This document shows positions 29,350-37,494 of a stretch of DNA of 64,000 nucleotides, piece by piece (within the stretch, counting starts at the first letter, position 1; the number at the start of each line of letters is the position of its first letter). The position numbers and the translations under genes were made by a program. Origin of the DNA: Nanobdellota archaeon (lineage in GTDB: Archaea > Nanobdellota > Nanobdellia > Woesearchaeales > JAGWAF01); contig JBBSWF010000020.1 of NCBI GenBank assembly GCA_038046365.1, forward strand, positions 14,201 to 78,200, read 5' to 3'. The notes below the pieces were generated by a model. That model did not search any database, had not been told where the DNA came from, and was given only the letters and a program-made list of their open reading frames with translations.

Positions 29350-29709
29350 ATGGAATTCGATTACTTCACAGAGGAATCTGCCTCTGCAGGACAGAAGGCG
29401 CAGCACTACTTGCTTAGCAAATCAGAGAACATAGTGATACAGGCCACAAAAGAGGGATTCTGCCTGCGGACGGAGCTATGGCTTAGGAGCTATCTTGACA
29501 CGGTGCTGGCAGGGAATGCACTGCCCGGATTCTCGCACCACGGAAAAGTGGATGTCGATGAAGCGACGATAAGGCCAATGATCGACGGACTGTCATATAA
29601 GGCATACATGGAACAGAAGCTGACGCGCATAAACAAGGCGCTTGCCATGCAAGGCCAGCGAGTGATGTCATCCATACCATTTGAAGAAAAGGACCGCATC
29701 AACGCGTGA
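29350..29709 (+). CDS. Hypothetical protein
   Basis: 119-aa ORF after GGGGTG RBS-like sequence and a TATA-like element. Confidence 0.55.
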   Translation: MEFDYFTEESASAGQKAQHYLLSKSENIVIQATKEGFCLRTELWLRSYLDTVLAGNALPGFSHHGKVDVDEATIRPMIDGLSYKAYMEQKLTRINKALAMQGQRVMSSIPFEEKDRINA

Positions 29710-29776
29710 ACAACAAGCACATAGGTTTTTTATTCTTGGAGTTCTTATTTTGGTTTAGCATCTTAGAAACAGAAGG

Positions 29777-30472
29777 ATGCTAAACAAAAATCACACAAAA
29801 ATGGCGACCTCGATAAAAAGCGTTGTGATGTATAGAATCAGGAAAAACGCTATTGAAACAAGGCTGATACTGCGCGCGTACTACCTCGCCAAGAAGAGGC
29901 ACAGAAATCAGTTCCGCAAGTCAGGAGCGCCATACATCTACCATCTGACACAAGTCGCATACTATCTGGCGAAATGGAGCAGAGGACATGAAGTGGTGAT
30001 AGCGGGATTATTGCACGACACCATCGAAGACACAGGATACACCAAATCAGAAATCAGACGGCAGTTCGGACGCCGGGTAGCGGACCTAGTGGATGGGTCT
30101 AGCTGGATCGGGAAGAAGGACGGACCGCGCGACTGGCCCGCCACATACAAGAAGTTCTCGTACTACGCGCAAGCAGACCCCGAGCTTGTGATACTAAAAG
30201 CCGCGGACTATCTGAGCAACCTGCAATCCTACAAAGATCCGCGGCGGAAGCTGTACGTGAGCGAGAAGGCAGCGCCAAGGAACAAGACATTCTGGATACC
30301 GTTCTTTCGCGACGCGGGACTGCGCAAGTTCGCACGAATGCTCGAGACCGACACAAACAATGCATCTAAGAAGAAAGTCCCGGTGACACTATACAAATAC
30401 ATCACACGCAATGAGATGGCTAAACTAAGAGCTGCTGTCCTTGAGATGAATGGGATAGAGGAATTGGTGTGA
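29777..30472 (+). CDS. Stand-alone RelA/SpoT-type HD hydrolase (Mesh1/SAH-like)
   Basis: H.NQFRKSGAPYIYHL, AGLLHDTIEDT, FG..VADLV, LKAADYLSN. Confidence 0.87.
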   Translation: MLNKNHTKMATSIKSVVMYRIRKNAIETRLILRAYYLAKKRHRNQFRKSGAPYIYHLTQVAYYLAKWSRGHEVVIAGLLHDTIEDTGYTKSEIRRQFGRRVADLVDGSSWIGKKDGPRDWPATYKKFSYYAQADPELVILKAADYLSNLQSYKDPRRKLYVSEKAAPRNKTFWIPFFRDAGLRKFARMLETDTNNASKKKVPVTLYKYITRNEMAKLRAAVLEMNGIEELV

Positions 30473-30488
30473 GAAAGCAGCCGGGCCC

Positions 30489-30585
30489 CTATAGTAAAGG
30501 ACACAAATAAGTGATAAAAATAGTTGTGTCCTTTAGATATAGTGGCGGAGACTGAGTGTTCAATTATTCATGTCCGCCACTATAG
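30489..30585. repeat. Two adjacent 12-bp inverted repeats built from related half-sites
   Basis: TAAAGGACACAA (30495-506)/TTGTGTCCTTTA (30524-35); TATAGTGGCGGA (30538-49)/TCCGCCACTATA (30573-84). Confidence 0.85.
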
Positions 30586-30601
30586 AACCGGCTATGCGGG
30601 A

Positions 30602-30788
30602 TGGCGCGAATAATGGCGCGATTAGAAGCCTGTTTTCTCGTCCATAAAATAATAATCGCGCCAAAACTATGGCGCGAATATGGCGTGATTGTGGCGCGAA
30701 TAATCGGCGTTTCTCGTCTATAAAAAAACCTAATCGCGCCATCGGCATGGCGCGAATATGGCGCGATAGTGGCGTGATAATGGCGCGA
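30602..30788. repeat. Helically phased TGGCGYGA array (9 direct plus 2 inverted copies)
   Basis: Direct copies at 30602, 30614, 30670, 30681, 30692, 30748, 30759, 30770, 30781; inverted at 30656 and 30734; 11-12-bp spacing within clusters, ~78-bp higher-order period. Confidence 0.92.
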
Positions 30789-30829
30789 TAAATTCAATAT
30801 TGGTGGAGTGCGATAAAAAAATTTAAATA

Positions 30830-30942
30830 AGCTGCCCTGTATAAAGGCTATATCCTTCCCCTTGCGACGTAGGGTGAAAGGATGGGCACGAGGTCCGCTC
30901 ATTATCTGAAACGAGGACTGCCAATGCGTCGTTGAGGCAGCT
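30830..30942 (+). ncRNA. Candidate small structured RNA with possible pseudoknot
   Basis: Stems 30851-57/30878-84, 30885-88/30919-22, 30893-96/30915-18, 30830-36/30936-42; loop region 30864-71 is complementary to 30925-32; TATA-like TTTAAATA just upstream. Confidence 0.4.
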
Positions 30943-31039
30943 AATGAATCAAACCGCGATATATACTCAAAAACAAAGTCTTGAACCACTTTCGGAACCG
31001 AAATCCTTTTATCTGCCATACCCACGGAAAAATTACAAC

Positions 31040-31339
31040 ATGGACATGACAGGAGTGTTGATCAGCGCCTTAGCAGGAGGGGCTGCGGCGGTCTTAAGGA
31101 AGGAGCCAAGCAACCGTAAGGTCATACCGGACTACGCCGACGCCCTGATTGGTGCCGCCGGAGGCATGACGCTGGCCTACTACTTGCCGGTATACTATCC
31201 AGGGTTCACTCTAATATCATATATCTGCTTCACGCTGCTGTGCGCCATGAGCGGGTACGCGCTCGATGACCTGGCCAGCTCGGTCGCGTATCTGGCGACA
31301 CTGCCGGGAAAGAAATCAGCGAGGCGGAGACGCAGATGA
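31040..31339 (+). CDS. Small three-TM membrane protein (holin-like fold)
   Basis: Three Gly/Ala-rich hydrophobic segments ending GYALDD; overlaps the next gene by 4 nt. Confidence 0.75.
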   Translation: MDMTGVLISALAGGAAAVLRKEPSNRKVIPDYADALIGAAGGMTLAYYLPVYYPGFTLISYICFTLLCAMSGYALDDLASSVAYLATLPGKKSARRRRR

Positions 31340-31860
31340 ACGAGGCGCTGCAGATGGCGGTCGGCTCGGGCGGAGGAGCGCTCATCCGGGCAGTGATAGG
31401 GATAATCAAAGCATTGGGAGACAGGACGTTTGAATATATAGATTGGAGAAAGCTCATCGCGAACACGGCAGTCGGGTCGATATGCGGTCTGATCGTCATG
31501 ATAGCCCTAGAAGCGATTCCCTTCTTAAAAGTCAACTGGGAATACAGGGCGTACATCGCGATCATCGTAGGATTCGCCGGGAGCGACTTCTTCGACAAGC
31601 ACTTCAAGAGCTTCGGGCTCACATCAAGCTCCCTTGGCGCCCCGATGATCGGCCAGCCTCAAGAATCAAGCTCGATCAGCCCACGCCAGCAGAAGGCGCT
31701 AGACTATATCAGATCCAGTGGGTCGATAAACAACGACCAATACAAAGAACTCAACAAAGTATCCGACCGCACAGCTGTGCGAGACATGCAAGACCTCAAA
31801 GACAAAGGGAAGGTCAAGACGCAGGGCAAGGGAAGGAATGTGAAGTATGTGCTGCCATAA
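31336..31860 (+). CDS. Three-TM membrane protein fused to a C-terminal winged HTH
   Basis: TM segments ending GFAGSD, then SPRQQKALDYI..INNDQYKELNKVSDRTAVRDMQDL..G.V...GKGRNVKY. Confidence 0.85.
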   Translation: MNEALQMAVGSGGGALIRAVIGIIKALGDRTFEYIDWRKLIANTAVGSICGLIVMIALEAIPFLKVNWEYRAYIAIIVGFAGSDFFDKHFKSFGLTSSSLGAPMIGQPQESSSISPRQQKALDYIRSSGSINNDQYKELNKVSDRTAVRDMQDLKDKGKVKTQGKGRNVKYVLP

Positions 31861-31922
31861 GACCCCTAACTATCCCGACCATACACTCTTTTATACCGTA
31901 CCGGAATCCCCCCGCTCAGGTG

Positions 31923-32447
31923 ATGAACATGGGATTACTACACAGCGTGCAACCAAAAGACCTCGAATTCCTGACAACCCTCGACAAGAAGATGAGGACG
32001 TGGCATCCCTTGGCCCAGAGCCGAGTGTACAGCGAAGGAGGGGATTACGATTTCAATGAAGTGAAGATCACAGAGGAAGAACTCCGAGGGGTGCTCGACG
32101 CGTGCAAGAGAAACGACCTCGTTTTCTATCCTAAAAATACCAACACGGGATTCTCGCTGGGATATTTCGTCGCAAAGACACTGATGCTGCCAAGCGACAG
32201 GCAGAAAAGCCTGCTTGACCGGATCAAACGGAACACCTGCCCGGACATAAATCTCGGCGTGTTTACAGACCTCCTGACGTGGAACGAGACCCTGTTCGGG
32301 ATGATAGAGCGCCAGATGCCTGCAGGATACGACGGGGCTGAAGGGTTCAAGAGATTATCAGACCACTTCATGACAGAAAAGAACCTGAAATTGGCGAAGG
32401 CCGCAGGTATCACGATCATAAACGATTACACCAGGCATCAATATTGA
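31923..32447 (+). CDS. Hypothetical protein
   Basis: Globular 174-aa 3' part of ORF 31443-32447, with a TATA-like element upstream. Confidence 0.65.
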   Translation: MNMGLLHSVQPKDLEFLTTLDKKMRTWHPLAQSRVYSEGGDYDFNEVKITEEELRGVLDACKRNDLVFYPKNTNTGFSLGYFVAKTLMLPSDRQKSLLDRIKRNTCPDINLGVFTDLLTWNETLFGMIERQMPAGYDGAEGFKRLSDHFMTEKNLKLAKAAGITIINDYTRHQY

Positions 32448-32484
32448 GGACCTAACAGGAGCAGAGAGGAGGGGACTCAAAACC

Positions 32485-32538
32485 CCTTCAGCAACCGCAA
32501 CAACTCCACCGCCTTCTTCGGGCTTCCACGACCGACAG
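32485..32538. repeat. 54-bp direct repeat copy 1 (orphan 3' end of the UDG-family gene)
   Basis: Matches 33741-33794 with 2 mismatches. Confidence 0.92.
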
Positions 32539-32669
32539 ATCCGTGACCGATGCCCAGCCCATCGACGGGAGTGTATAAAATATAACAGAAAATTGTTGAT
32601 AGTATAACATAATCAGAGGTGTTACATTTAATAGAAAAGTATTTAAATGATAACACACCATCAGGATTG

Positions 32670-33074
32670 ATGACCACGATCGATAACCACAAGGCCATCC
32701 TGCGCGAGCTCCTCGAGGATATCGATGAGAAGATCAGGAAAGACATCATCCTTGAGAGGCAGAAGATCCTCGGTTTCGCCCTCTCTGAGGCGTCATCCCA
32801 CATGCTAGCCGTGCTCCTCCTCAAGAACAAGCTTGTAAGCTCCGGATTCACAATCAACCACCGCTACTTCTGCTCTGAACAGAGAGCGAGAGAGAGGCTG
32901 AAAATGGACTTCCCTGGAAAGGATGAGATTATCCCGCTCCTCGTGAAACAGGAACAGGCCAGGGACAGGCTATGCTACGGCAGGGACAAGAGCAGAAAAG
33001 AGGTGGAAGAGGCAATAGCCAACATCAGCAGGCTAAAGACGATAATAGAAGATAAACTGGGTGAACCATTATGA
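32670..33074 (+). CDS. HEPN-like protein (partner of the downstream nucleotidyltransferase)
   Basis: Helical protein with ARDRLCYG (RxxxxY) motif; overlaps the MNT gene by 4 nt. Confidence 0.65.
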   Translation: MTTIDNHKAILRELLEDIDEKIRKDIILERQKILGFALSEASSHMLAVLLLKNKLVSSGFTINHRYFCSEQRARERLKMDFPGKDEIIPLLVKQEQARDRLCYGRDKSRKEVEEAIANISRLKTIIEDKLGEPL

Positions 33075-33685
33075 GACAACAAGACCTCATCTCACTGGCA
33101 TATGACTACCTATCCCTGCTCACAGCCAGAGTAGGGACCGCGAAGATAAGGAGAGTGGTGCTCTTCGGTTCCGCCGCGCGCGACGAAGCAGACAAGGAAA
33201 GCGATATAGATATATTCATCGACACGACAGACAAGATAGACCATGAAGTGGAGAGAGCCACAAAATCGTTCGATGTAATACGTGAAAGCCGATGGGACAT
33301 AAGGGGAGTGCGCAATCCATTAAGGCCTATATGCGGAGACCTAGAGACAAAGAGATGGGCTGAGCTACGCGAAGAGATGGAAGACCACGGGATACTCCTA
33401 TATGGACGGATGGAGACCGGCGCGCTCAAAGAACAATACCTTGTCAGCTATGACCTGCAAGGGATGGCCCAAAACAAAAAGATGAAACTTATCAGGACGC
33501 TGCATGGATACTCCACCAGAAAAGACGGAAAGACCTATTCGCATAAAGGCCTTATAGAGAAGACAGGAGGCGCTCGCATCGGACAGAACGCGTTCCTCGC
33601 GCCGACTTGCTCGAAGAAGACAATCGAGGAGACCTTCGACAAGACAGGAGCCAAGTTCCAGATGAGAAAGATGATGAGCAGATGA
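33071..33685 (+). CDS. Minimal nucleotidyltransferase with C-terminal ferredoxin-like (Cas2/VapD-like) domain
   Basis: LFGSAARDEADKESDIDIFI; C-terminal YLVSYDL...GGARIGQNAF. Confidence 0.85.
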   Translation: MRQQDLISLAYDYLSLLTARVGTAKIRRVVLFGSAARDEADKESDIDIFIDTTDKIDHEVERATKSFDVIRESRWDIRGVRNPLRPICGDLETKRWAELREEMEDHGILLYGRMETGALKEQYLVSYDLQGMAQNKKMKLIRTLHGYSTRKDGKTYSHKGLIEKTGGARIGQNAFLAPTCSKKTIEETFDKTGAKFQMRKMMSR

Positions 33686-33726
33686 ACGGCGCAATCGACC
33701 ATCGTCTCTATTTTCCCGACACGGCG

Positions 33727-34425
33727 TCAGCGAATACATTCCTTGAGCAACCTCAACAACTCCACCGCCTTCTTCGGGCTTCCACGACCGACAGGGAAGT
33801 AGCAAGGGATGACCTCGGAAGAGGCATATCTCGAGCGGTCGTTGTCTCCGAAGGAAACCTTGAACGTCCCCAACCTCTTCTTCGCCAGCGCTTGTGAATG
33901 ATAATCAGCGAGCTTGATCTTCCGCCCTGTCAAGCGCTCGAAAGGGATAAGACCCATCGCCACTAGGTATTTTGGCTTGACAATCTCCAGTTCACGCTGG
34001 AGAGCCGGGAGGAACAGATTGATCTTCGCCGAATCAGGCAAGGCAGCGTCAGCGCCGGTGGACTTGACGACATTCGAGATGTAGATGGAGTTGGAATCCA
34101 GGAAATCCCTCACCTTATCCGTGAAGCGGACAGACCATCGCGGGTTGGACTCGATATAAGAGAGCAATCCATCGTCGAAGAGCCCTGCCTTGTGGAAGAC
34201 CCTCCAGACCTGCTTGGTGCCGATGAACGGGAACCTCGGCCCAGTCCAGGAAGGATCAGAACTGATATTGCGGCGGGTCGGATTGATGAAGACGAACATA
34301 AACTCAGGATTCTGTTCACGACCTCCACCGTAGATCGGAGAGAGGCCGCTGCCCGGGAAGTTATCCTTGTCGATCTTGTCGACGTGACGCCAGAGGCTCT
34401 TCAGATCAGAGATATGATCGAGCAT
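33727..34425 (-). CDS. Uracil-DNA glycosylase superfamily protein
   Basis: PIYGGG..P..MFVFINP, PFIG, YISNVVKS, ELEIVKPK.LVAMG, PCYFP. Confidence 0.75.
   Translation of the reverse strand: MLDHISDLKSLWRHVDKIDKDNFPGSGLSPIYGGGREQNPEFMFVFINPTRRNISSDPSWTGPRFPFIGTKQVWRVFHKAGLFDDGLLSYIESNPRWSVRFTDKVRDFLDSNSIYISNVVKSTGADAALPDSAKINLFLPALQRELEIVKPKYLVAMGLIPFERLTGRKIKLADYHSQALAKKRLGTFKVSFGDNDRSRYASSEVIPCYFPVGRGSPKKAVELLRLLKECIR
33741..33794. repeat. 54-bp direct repeat copy 2 (within the 3' end of the UDG-family gene)
   Basis: Matches 32485-32538 with 2 mismatches. Confidence 0.92.
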
Positions 34426-34527
34426 ATGGAAAGCAGCGCAAGCTGGTTAAAATAACTTTGTCAAACCGATCCTAGTGCGCGCAGAAACATTTATATATGT
34501 CTCTAAACCATAATACTATGGTCTAAC

Positions 34528-35094
34528 ATGGATAATGAACGCCTGAACATACTCAAGCTCCTGATAGAGAGCAAGGAAGAGACATTCAGCATCAGGCAGA
34601 TCTCGCTCCATAGGAAGATCAACTACAAATCAGCGTACATCAGCACCCATCAGCTAGCGAAAGAAGGGATAGTCGCAATGAAGAAACAGGGCAACACGAC
34701 AGTATGCTCATACAACAACACATTCAACAGCACAGTGTTCCAGGTCGAATACCAAAGACAGCAGGAACTGTTGAAACGCCCAGATTTCAAGGTCTTGCAC
34801 AACCGCCTGTCAAAGGTGAAAGAACAGTTCATACTCCTGCTCTTCGGCTCCTACGCCAAGGGAAAAGAGAAAAAAGGATCGGATATCGACCTATTGCTCA
34901 TCTCAGACGACCCAAAACCAGTCGAAGCACAGATCCGCCTCATCCCCTTGGACATCCATCTGACACACATAACCTATGACAGCTTCACAAAGATGTTAAA
35001 ATCAAAAGAGTTCACAGTAGTGTCAGAAGCGCAGAAGAATAACATCCTGCTCTTCGGAATAGAAGACTATTACCGGCTGATCAACAATGCTTGA
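34528..35094 (+). CDS. HTH-nucleotidyltransferase (MNT antitoxin)
   Basis: FSIRQIS..INYKSAY; LFGSYAKG...SDIDLLLI; palindrome ACCATA-N4-TATGGT just upstream. Confidence 0.9.
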   Translation: MDNERLNILKLLIESKEETFSIRQISLHRKINYKSAYISTHQLAKEGIVAMKKQGNTTVCSYNNTFNSTVFQVEYQRQQELLKRPDFKVLHNRLSKVKEQFILLLFGSYAKGKEKKGSDIDLLLISDDPKPVEAQIRLIPLDIHLTHITYDSFTKMLKSKEFTVVSEAQKNNILLFGIEDYYRLINNA

Positions 35095-35617
35095 TGATAA
35101 TAGGATAAAGGAAGCGGAGAGGAACGTCAGAGAATACCTACAGTCAGGCATGCTCGAGAAGCATAAACCCGACAAAGACATCGAGAAAGTCCTCCTCGAC
35201 AACTCAAAGGACAGCATCGAGATAGCGGACTTCCTCGCAGAAAACAAGAGATCCGACCTGTGGATCATAGTCACCTCATATTATTCGATGTTCTACATGG
35301 CCAATGCGGTGCTCCTCAGAGCAGGATTCAAAGTCGGGGACAAGATCCCCCATAAGGTCACAGCCGACGCCCTCATCGTCTTTGTCAGAGACAAGCTGAA
35401 GAAGAGTATCATAGAAGAATATGAAGAAGCGCAAATCGAAGCTCTCCCTGGAATAAAAGCAGACGAGATAATCGACGAATTCGACAAGGAAAGAAGGAAG
35501 AGGGGCATACTCCAATACGAGACCACGCAAATAGAGAAACATTCGAAAGCGATTACTTCTTTAAACAGAGCCAAGAGCTTCCTCTTCGAGATGGAGAAGC
35601 TGATGGAGATCCCATGA
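35087..35617 (+). CDS. HEPN domain protein
   Basis: IVTSYYSMFYMANAVL, H, ERRKRGILQY, AKSF. Confidence 0.88.
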   Translation: MLDDNRIKEAERNVREYLQSGMLEKHKPDKDIEKVLLDNSKDSIEIADFLAENKRSDLWIIVTSYYSMFYMANAVLLRAGFKVGDKIPHKVTADALIVFVRDKLKKSIIEEYEEAQIEALPGIKADEIIDEFDKERRKRGILQYETTQIEKHSKAITSLNRAKSFLFEMEKLMEIP

Positions 35618-35640
35618 TGACGAGTCTCCAGAATCCCAGC

Positions 35641-36270
35641 TCATCGCAATACACTAACAAAACCCAATCCGTCACCCACATGGACCTCCCTGTCGCTGAC
35701 AGTGTAGGGAGACAGCATCTCTTTCAGGCCCGACAAAGGGATATACCTCAGATGCGCAGGAGAATTCCCGAGGCTTGGCGGAACAAGAGTTATCAGCTTC
35801 CCGCCAGACCGCGTGACCCTCGCAGCCTCTTCTATCGTGAGAGCAGGATCAAAGACATGCTCAAGAGTGTGGGACAGGATCGCTGTGTCAAAAGAACCAT
35901 CGCGGAAAGGTAGTCCCTCTGAATATGATTTCACTACATGGAAAGGATACATCGAACCAGCCGCTTGCCAATAAGACAGGCGGCAGCAGCGATCGATAAG
36001 ATCCACGCCCACAACTTCCTTGCCTTGCCTGGCGATCTCCACAGCGAAGAATCCGTCGTAACAGCCGATATCGATCACTCGTCCGTCTGCCTCGCGCTTC
36101 AAGAAGTCGAGCCTCCGGACCACATCCTCGACGCCCTGTCGGGCCAGATCCCGCAATGGAACATACTTATTCTTGTATAAAGGCGCCAGGGATTCCATCC
36201 TGGAACGCAGCCGCTCTTTAGTGCCGGAGCTAGCCAGCCAGTACCTGACTACTCTACTTATCAGCCCCAT
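35641..36270 (-). CDS. Class I SAM-dependent methyltransferase
   Basis: VIDIGCYDG, VGVD, LPFRDGSFD, HTLEHV.DP, RVTRSGG. Confidence 0.92.
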   Translation of the reverse strand: MGLISRVVRYWLASSGTKERLRSRMESLAPLYKNKYVPLRDLARQGVEDVVRRLDFLKREADGRVIDIGCYDGFFAVEIARQGKEVVGVDLIDRCCRLSYWQAAGSMYPFHVVKSYSEGLPFRDGSFDTAILSHTLEHVFDPALTIEEAARVTRSGGKLITLVPPSLGNSPAHLRYIPLSGLKEMLSPYTVSDREVHVGDGLGFVSVLR

Positions 36271-36388
36271 GTGACAAGCGGTGAGCGGGGCGTTTAAAAA
36301 GATGGGCGGGGCTGCCGAGAGGCAAAGGACCGGAAACCTTATTAACCATATTCATATAAAGTGAATAATCATTCATTTTTATCGAAAA

Positions 36389-37072
36389 ATGATACCCAAG
36401 AACACCGCGAAGATAATCCGCCTGCTGCTGCGCAGGACAGACAGGATAGGCCTGAACATCAACCAGATCGCCAAGGCGTGCGAGATAAGCGTCGGCAGCG
36501 CTTTCAAGATACTGAAAAGCCTGGAGAATGACAGGCTGGCCTCCTGCCAGAAGATAGGGAACGGCTCTTTCTACTCACTCGACCTTGGCAACAAGGAAGC
36601 GGTGAAAATCTGCGAGCTTCTGCTCCTTGAAGAGAGGCGGAACCTCAAAGGGTACGCAAGGCTGTACGCAAAGGACATAGAGACATTTGGCAAGGCGAAG
36701 ATGATAGTCCTGTTCGGGTCGGTGCTGAGAGGCAACCGATTCAACGATGTCGACGCGCTGTTCGTGACAGAAAGAGCGAAGGAGGCAGCTGATTTCTGCG
36801 ACTCGCTAAGCGCAGCACGTACCAAAGTCATATCCCCCCTTATAATCCCCATATATGACCTTATACGAGAAATGAAAAAGGGCGGAGGCGTAGTCGGCTC
36901 CATAGTCAAGGAAGGAGTCATAATAAAAGGGGAAGACTCCTTTGTGGAGGCGATAAGAGATGGCAGGAAGGATCACTCGATTGGGATGGTGCCTGAAGAG
37001 GGGAAAAAGGCTGCGAAGGACCAAGCCAGACCCACTAGAGGCAGGAAGACACATCAAAAAAGCGGATCATAA
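36389..37072 (+). CDS. HTH-nucleotidyltransferase (MNT antitoxin)
   Basis: NINQIAK..ISVGSAFKILK; LFGSVL...DVDAL; reads 113 nt into the HEPN gene. Confidence 0.85.
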   Translation: MIPKNTAKIIRLLLRRTDRIGLNINQIAKACEISVGSAFKILKSLENDRLASCQKIGNGSFYSLDLGNKEAVKICELLLLEERRNLKGYARLYAKDIETFGKAKMIVLFGSVLRGNRFNDVDALFVTERAKEAADFCDSLSAARTKVISPLIIPIYDLIREMKKGGGVVGSIVKEGVIIKGEDSFVEAIRDGRKDHSIGMVPEEGKKAAKDQARPTRGRKTHQKSGS

Positions 37073-37400
37073 CCTAAATGCAGCAAGATACAACATCCTC
37101 GGCGGCTTCTCGGATTGGGCAGTCTCTCAGGCATATTACGCGATGTACCATGGATTATTGGCGATCCTGGCAGCCAAAGGCTATGAATCCCGGAACCATG
37201 AATGCACATTGACAGCGGTCGAGCACCTCATCGGAGCGAAGGAGACCGAGCTGACTTTAGAAGAGCTGTACTTCATAAGGAACGCAGGCCAGAACACAGA
37301 CCTGGACGCGAAATCGTTACGAGAGACCTTCCAATATGGGACAAGAGTCACGGTCGAGAAAGAGCTCCTAGACCGGCTCCTTGGCAAGGCGAAGCGATAG
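36960..37400 (+). CDS. HEPN domain protein (last helix apparently frameshifted; continues to 37435 in another frame)
   Basis: HIKKADHNL, WAVSQAYYAMYH, SRNHEC, LRETFQYG. Confidence 0.87.
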   Translation: MAGRITRLGWCLKRGKRLRRTKPDPLEAGRHIKKADHNLNAARYNILGGFSDWAVSQAYYAMYHGLLAILAAKGYESRNHECTLTAVEHLIGAKETELTLEELYFIRNAGQNTDLDAKSLRETFQYGTRVTVEKELLDRLLGKAKR

Positions 37401-37494
37401 TCGAGAAGATCGAGGCCGGACTGCCGACAGCCTAGAGCGCCAGGCCAGTATAGGCGATCCCATCACACCTGAAATTGATAAAACCCAATCCCTA

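Noticed and set aside
30602-30788. Repeat array as a CRISPR array
   Set aside because: The repeats are 8 bp with 3-4-bp gaps and mixed orientation; there are no unique 30-40-bp spacers and no cas operon.
30564-31025. Minus-strand 153-aa ORF over the repeat array
   Set aside because: Its sequence simply mirrors the 11-bp repeats in shifting frames; no protein-like features.
31443-31922. 5' half of the 334-aa ORF
   Set aside because: Overlaps the TM-HTH gene in another frame; the real gene likely starts at 31923.
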